Below are positions 60,619-64,000 of a DNA stretch of 64,000 bases, piece after piece. This DNA is from an uncultured delta proteobacterium. Lineage in GTDB: Bacteria > Desulfobacterota > RBG-13-43-22. The notes below the pieces were generated by a model. The model was not told the DNA's origin and did no database searches. It saw nothing but the letters and a program-made list of their open reading frames with translations. The position numbers and the translations under genes were made by a program. The stretch's first letter is position 1. The number at the start of each line of letters is the position of its first letter. The stretch spans positions 288,001-352,000 of the forward strand of contig CAWBOS010000010.1 in assembly GCA_963790475.1 (NCBI GenBank). The letters run 5' to 3'.

Positions 60619-62444
60619 GGCAGGGTCAAATGGCGAGCCGATAGCTTAACGTGTTGAAAAAGTACTTCACCTCTATCCCCCTACGAGGTAGAATCTGGTA
60701 GGGGGATTTTTTTGATCAAAGGACCAAACCAGCTCGATGAACGTGTCCCGATAGAAGTCGGCGGGATTCAGGTCAACTTCTGCAAGAATCCACAGTGCCA
60801 GAACTTCGGAGTTCCGGCAAGTACCAAGAGACAGCCCAGAGGGAAAGGAGCAGAGGAACGTGGCCGGGATACTTATAATGTAGTTGGTTCAGGCCGGGGC
60901 ACGCCCATGCTACGGTGCTGTTTTTGCGGCCAATATCCAACGATAAAGAGTAACAAAGCCATTCATGAAGAGCTGAGCCGCTTTTGGAAGCCTTTTGAAC
61001 CCACGGCGATCCCGACCTGCCCAAACCAAGACTGCCCGAACCACCATATAGATACCGAGAAAGGCAAGACTCACTACCACTCATTCGGACGGACCAAAGC
61101 AGGATCTATACGCTATCGTTGCAAGGCCTGCGGCAGAACATTCATTACCGCTTCATCACCGACAATCCGGCACCGGAAACCCCACAAGAATGCTGTCATT
61201 TTCCGTCTTCTGGTCAACAAGGTACCTTTCCGTCGTACCTGCGAGGTGGAAGGGATCTCCATGCCGACTCTTTATCGGAAGATTGATTTTATTCATCGGC
61301 AGTGCCTTTCCTTTGCGGCTGAGCGGGAACGCAATCTTCCCACCATGCCTCTCGCCCGCCTTTATATCGGAGTTGATCGGCAAGACTATATGATCAACTG
61401 GTCGGACGCCAAGGACCGGAGGAACATCATTTTCCGGGCTGTCGGCAGTGCTGACAACACGACCGGTTATGTGCTCGGAGTGCATCTCAACTTTGATCCC
61501 TTAATGGATCCGGATCTTATAGAAAGGGATGCGATTGCCTCGGGTGATTACGAAGTAAAGCCGTCCTATAGACGATATGCCCGCCTGTGGCTCCGGCGCG
61601 ATTACCTAGAGGCCATCAAGAAGGCCCGAGCCCAAAGGTTTGGTGCCCATACAGGATCCTTGAGGGACAACATAGCTGCCACCTATCGGGATGCCGAAAA
61701 TAGGGATGATGTCGAAGTGTTCGAAAGGAGGGACGCTGCGACGCTTTTTATGTGCGGATCAACTCCGAGGCAACCATTGATAAAAAACGCCAGATCCTGG
61801 CAGATAATCGACGCCACATGGAGGCCATGAAGCACCAGAATCCTGACCTGAAGGATTGGCAGGTAAAACTTCTCATGATAAAAGAGAAGATGGCCCAGGT
61901 GGTCAACATTGGCACCTGGCAGGATCGCTGGGTGGAACACCCCTTCCCGAATATGGGAGAGCCCGATAAGGCCATGTGCTATCTGACGGATATCCAGGGG
62001 TATGATGAGGACCATCTCGCCTGGCTCTACAACAAGGCCAGCCTCCACGCTATTGACTGCTTCTTTATGCAGGTCCGGAGGAGATTGTCTTTGCTGGAGC
62101 GACCGATCAGCAGTTCGGCCAGCCCGGGTCGTCGTTGGTTTGGTTATGGCCCTTACAAACCGGTTATAGTCGGCAAACTACTGGACATCTTTCGTGTTTT
62201 CTATAATTATGTGGAAGTGGGGAAGAACAAACAAACCCCAGCTATGCGGCTGGGGCTGGCAAAGGGCAAGATAACTGTTGAGGACATTATCTATTACCAG
62301 TAATAAGGCTGCTCAGAATTTTTCGGTCATGTCTCCTTGCGGAAGATTTCTTTTTAAAAAAAAGGACCGTTGATATTGAATCAACTGTCCTTTTTACTTT
62401 TCTTCAACACGTTAAGCTATCGGCTCGTCTAATTTGGCTCTGCC
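60619..62444 (+). mobile_element. IS1595/IS1-like insertion sequence with ~46-50 bp terminal inverted repeats
   Basis: Ends GGCAG...; perfect 25-bp IR core CGAGCCGATAGCTTAACGTGTTGAA at 60634-60658 and 62403-62427. Confidence 0.8.
60712..62303 (+). pseudogene. Zinc-ribbon transposase split near 61740
   Basis: CKNPQC, CCFC, CPNQDC, RYRCKAC, HTH; the C-terminal RVFYNY...TPAMRLGLAKG is in another frame. Confidence 0.7.
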
Positions 62445-62479
62445 TTTTTTTATGCACATTTTCGAATGATAATTAACCT

Positions 62480-63119
62480 ATGGTAAACCCCCGGCTGTGC
62501 CGGGGGACTCACAAAAGTTTGACAATTACGGGAATATATGAAAGCCCCTCTAACGTGAACCGCTCAAAATTCACAGAAAGAGAGGCTTTCAATGAGAAGC
62601 ACACAGAGTTTAAGTCATACGAAGTGGGAATGCAAATATCATTTAACCTGGATACCAAAATTTCGGAAAAAGGATTTATATGGGGAGCTTCGGAAACATT
62701 TAGGAGAAGCGATCCGAGAAATGGCACGGTAGAAGCGGAAGTGAAGTATTAGAAGGACATCTTATGTCGGATCATGTCCATATGCTTGTTTCGATTCCGC
62801 CCAAATATGCTGTTTCGCAAGTAGTGGGTTACATCAAGGGGAAAAGCGCAATTCATATTGCGAGAGAATTATTTGGGAAGAAAAGGAATTTCACTGGCGA
62901 AGAATTTTGGGCCAGAGGATACTATGTCAGCACAATAGGTAAGGATGAAGAGGCTATCCGTAAGTATATCAAAGAGCAGGAAAAAGAAGATCAGCGAATT
63001 GATCAATTAACGATGTTCTAAGTAAAGAGCCGCCACCTTTGAGGTGGCCCATAGGTTTTTCAACCGCTTTGAGCGGTTCACATATTTCAAGCCTCCGGCT
63101 TTGCCGGAGGTCTGGTGAC
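62480..63119 (+). mobile_element. IS200/IS605-family element (tnpA only)
   Basis: Left hairpin CCCCCGGCTGTGCCGGGGG, right hairpin GCCTCCGGCTTTGCCGGAGGT, HUH transposase between them. Confidence 0.88.
62592..63021 (+). pseudogene. tnpA: IS200 Y1 transposase with a premature TAG and a frameshift
   Basis: SLSHTKWECKYHLTWIPKFRKK...MAR*; then DHVHML (HUH), FWARGYYVST, IRKYI. Confidence 0.88.
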
Positions 63120-64000
63120 GTGCGCCTGGCATGATGCACTGGCCGACCTTCCAGGAATGAACCTGGAAGTAAAACATCCACCGTTACCGGACGGAAGGAT
63201 AACGCCAACAAGGCAAGGGCATTCTCAGAAATGAGGAGTCCGGAGGAAGCATGAGGCAGAATCTGTGTACGTAGCGAACAGCGAACCGACTATATGGCCG
63301 TGGGGAGGAGGTCGAGTTGACGTGACTAAACGAGACCGGATATCCGGTGAACCGAACCGCTGTGAAGTTGGACGGGATACAGGGAGGTTGGTGCATCTTA
63401 CCCAGGGAAGCCCTCCTGCACTGGAACCTAATTGGCGTCAAGGATTTCATAAAACCGAACCGCGAAGGCGAACCCGAAGCGGGGTAGGGTGCAAAGGGTG
63501 GCAGATTCACGGGTAGTACTGAGGACTCAGGGCCGATGAAGCCTGGTAACAGAGCGAAGGATAAAACCCTGACGACCGGGAGAAGGAAAAGAAGGGAAGG
63601 AATCCGATAGAGAACCCACCGCTGGCGATGGTAAACAAACAACTTAAGGACCTATCCTGAAGCCTGGGCAGCCCAAAGATCGTCCTTGGGATGCGGGAAG
63701 CCGTGGACGAGAGGCGATGGAGACGACATTAGAGAGCCGACTTAGAGTTACGATGGTACAAGAAGGGACCAGAAAACCGAAGGGGGATGAACGAAACCCG
63801 CAAGAGGGTACCGGACGGGAAGAGACTTGGACGGTCAACAGGCATCCGGTCCCCAGCCCAAAGGGCTGCTCGTAACCCGGCAATCTTTAATGGAAGAGCA
63901 AGTCACGGAGGAAGTTGGAAGTGAAGGTTAGGGAAGCACTGGAAAGGGTCTACGAACCGAGACGACTGCGGGAGGCATGGCACCAGATTAAACGAAACGC
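63120..64000 (+). mobile_element. Group II intron, 5' part (runs off the window)
   Basis: GTGCGCCTGGCATG 5' consensus; purine-rich structured ~800 nt; alpha/alpha'-like GTTACC (63183) / GGTAAC (63545); RT ORF start downstream. Confidence 0.85.
63921..64000 (+). CDS. ltrA: Group II intron reverse transcriptase/maturase, N-terminus only
   Basis: GGAGG RBS, GTG, LERVYEPRRLREAWHQIKRN matches the RT0 'L..AW..VK.N' motif. Confidence 0.75.
   Translation, partial: MKVREALERVYEPRRLREAWHQIKRN

Noticed and set aside
62728-62735. TAG in tnpA as pyrrolysine or readthrough
   Set aside because: Followed at once by a frameshift; ordinary decay
63184-63883. ORFs inside the intron RNA region
   Set aside because: Incidental frames over ribozyme domains; no protein motifs
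1-64000. CRISPR array, cas genes or rRNA
   Set aside because: No regularly spaced 25-45 bp repeats, cas motifs or rRNA-like sequence seen by eye

Overview
64 kb from what looks like an anaerobic deltaproteobacterium (Desulfobacterota-like; inferred from gene content, not proven). In order: a partial radical SAM gene; hicB with a damaged hicA; two tandem C-GCAxxG-C-C genes that the ORF track truncates because each has an in-frame TGA at the first conserved Cys plus an identical SECIS-like hairpin (probable selenoproteins); a decayed primase/AlpA island 3' of tRNA-Val(CAC); a housekeeping operon (xerD, DHH/CBS nucleotidyltransferase, site-2 protease, trpS, scpAB, rluB); an eroded stress-gene patch; a ~17 kb type II FAS/PKS cluster with two KS/CLF-like pairs and two B12-radical SAM enzymes (aryl-polyene/ladderane-island-like); a TetR-RND efflux locus; frdAB and a DmsAB-like pair, both without membrane anchors; MaoC dehydratases and ybaK; and finally an IS1595-like element, a dead IS200 and the 5' part of a group II intron starting right after the IS200 right-end hairpin. 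Several single-base frameshifts may be sequencing errors. All family assignments come from motif recognition by eye; no database searches were run.
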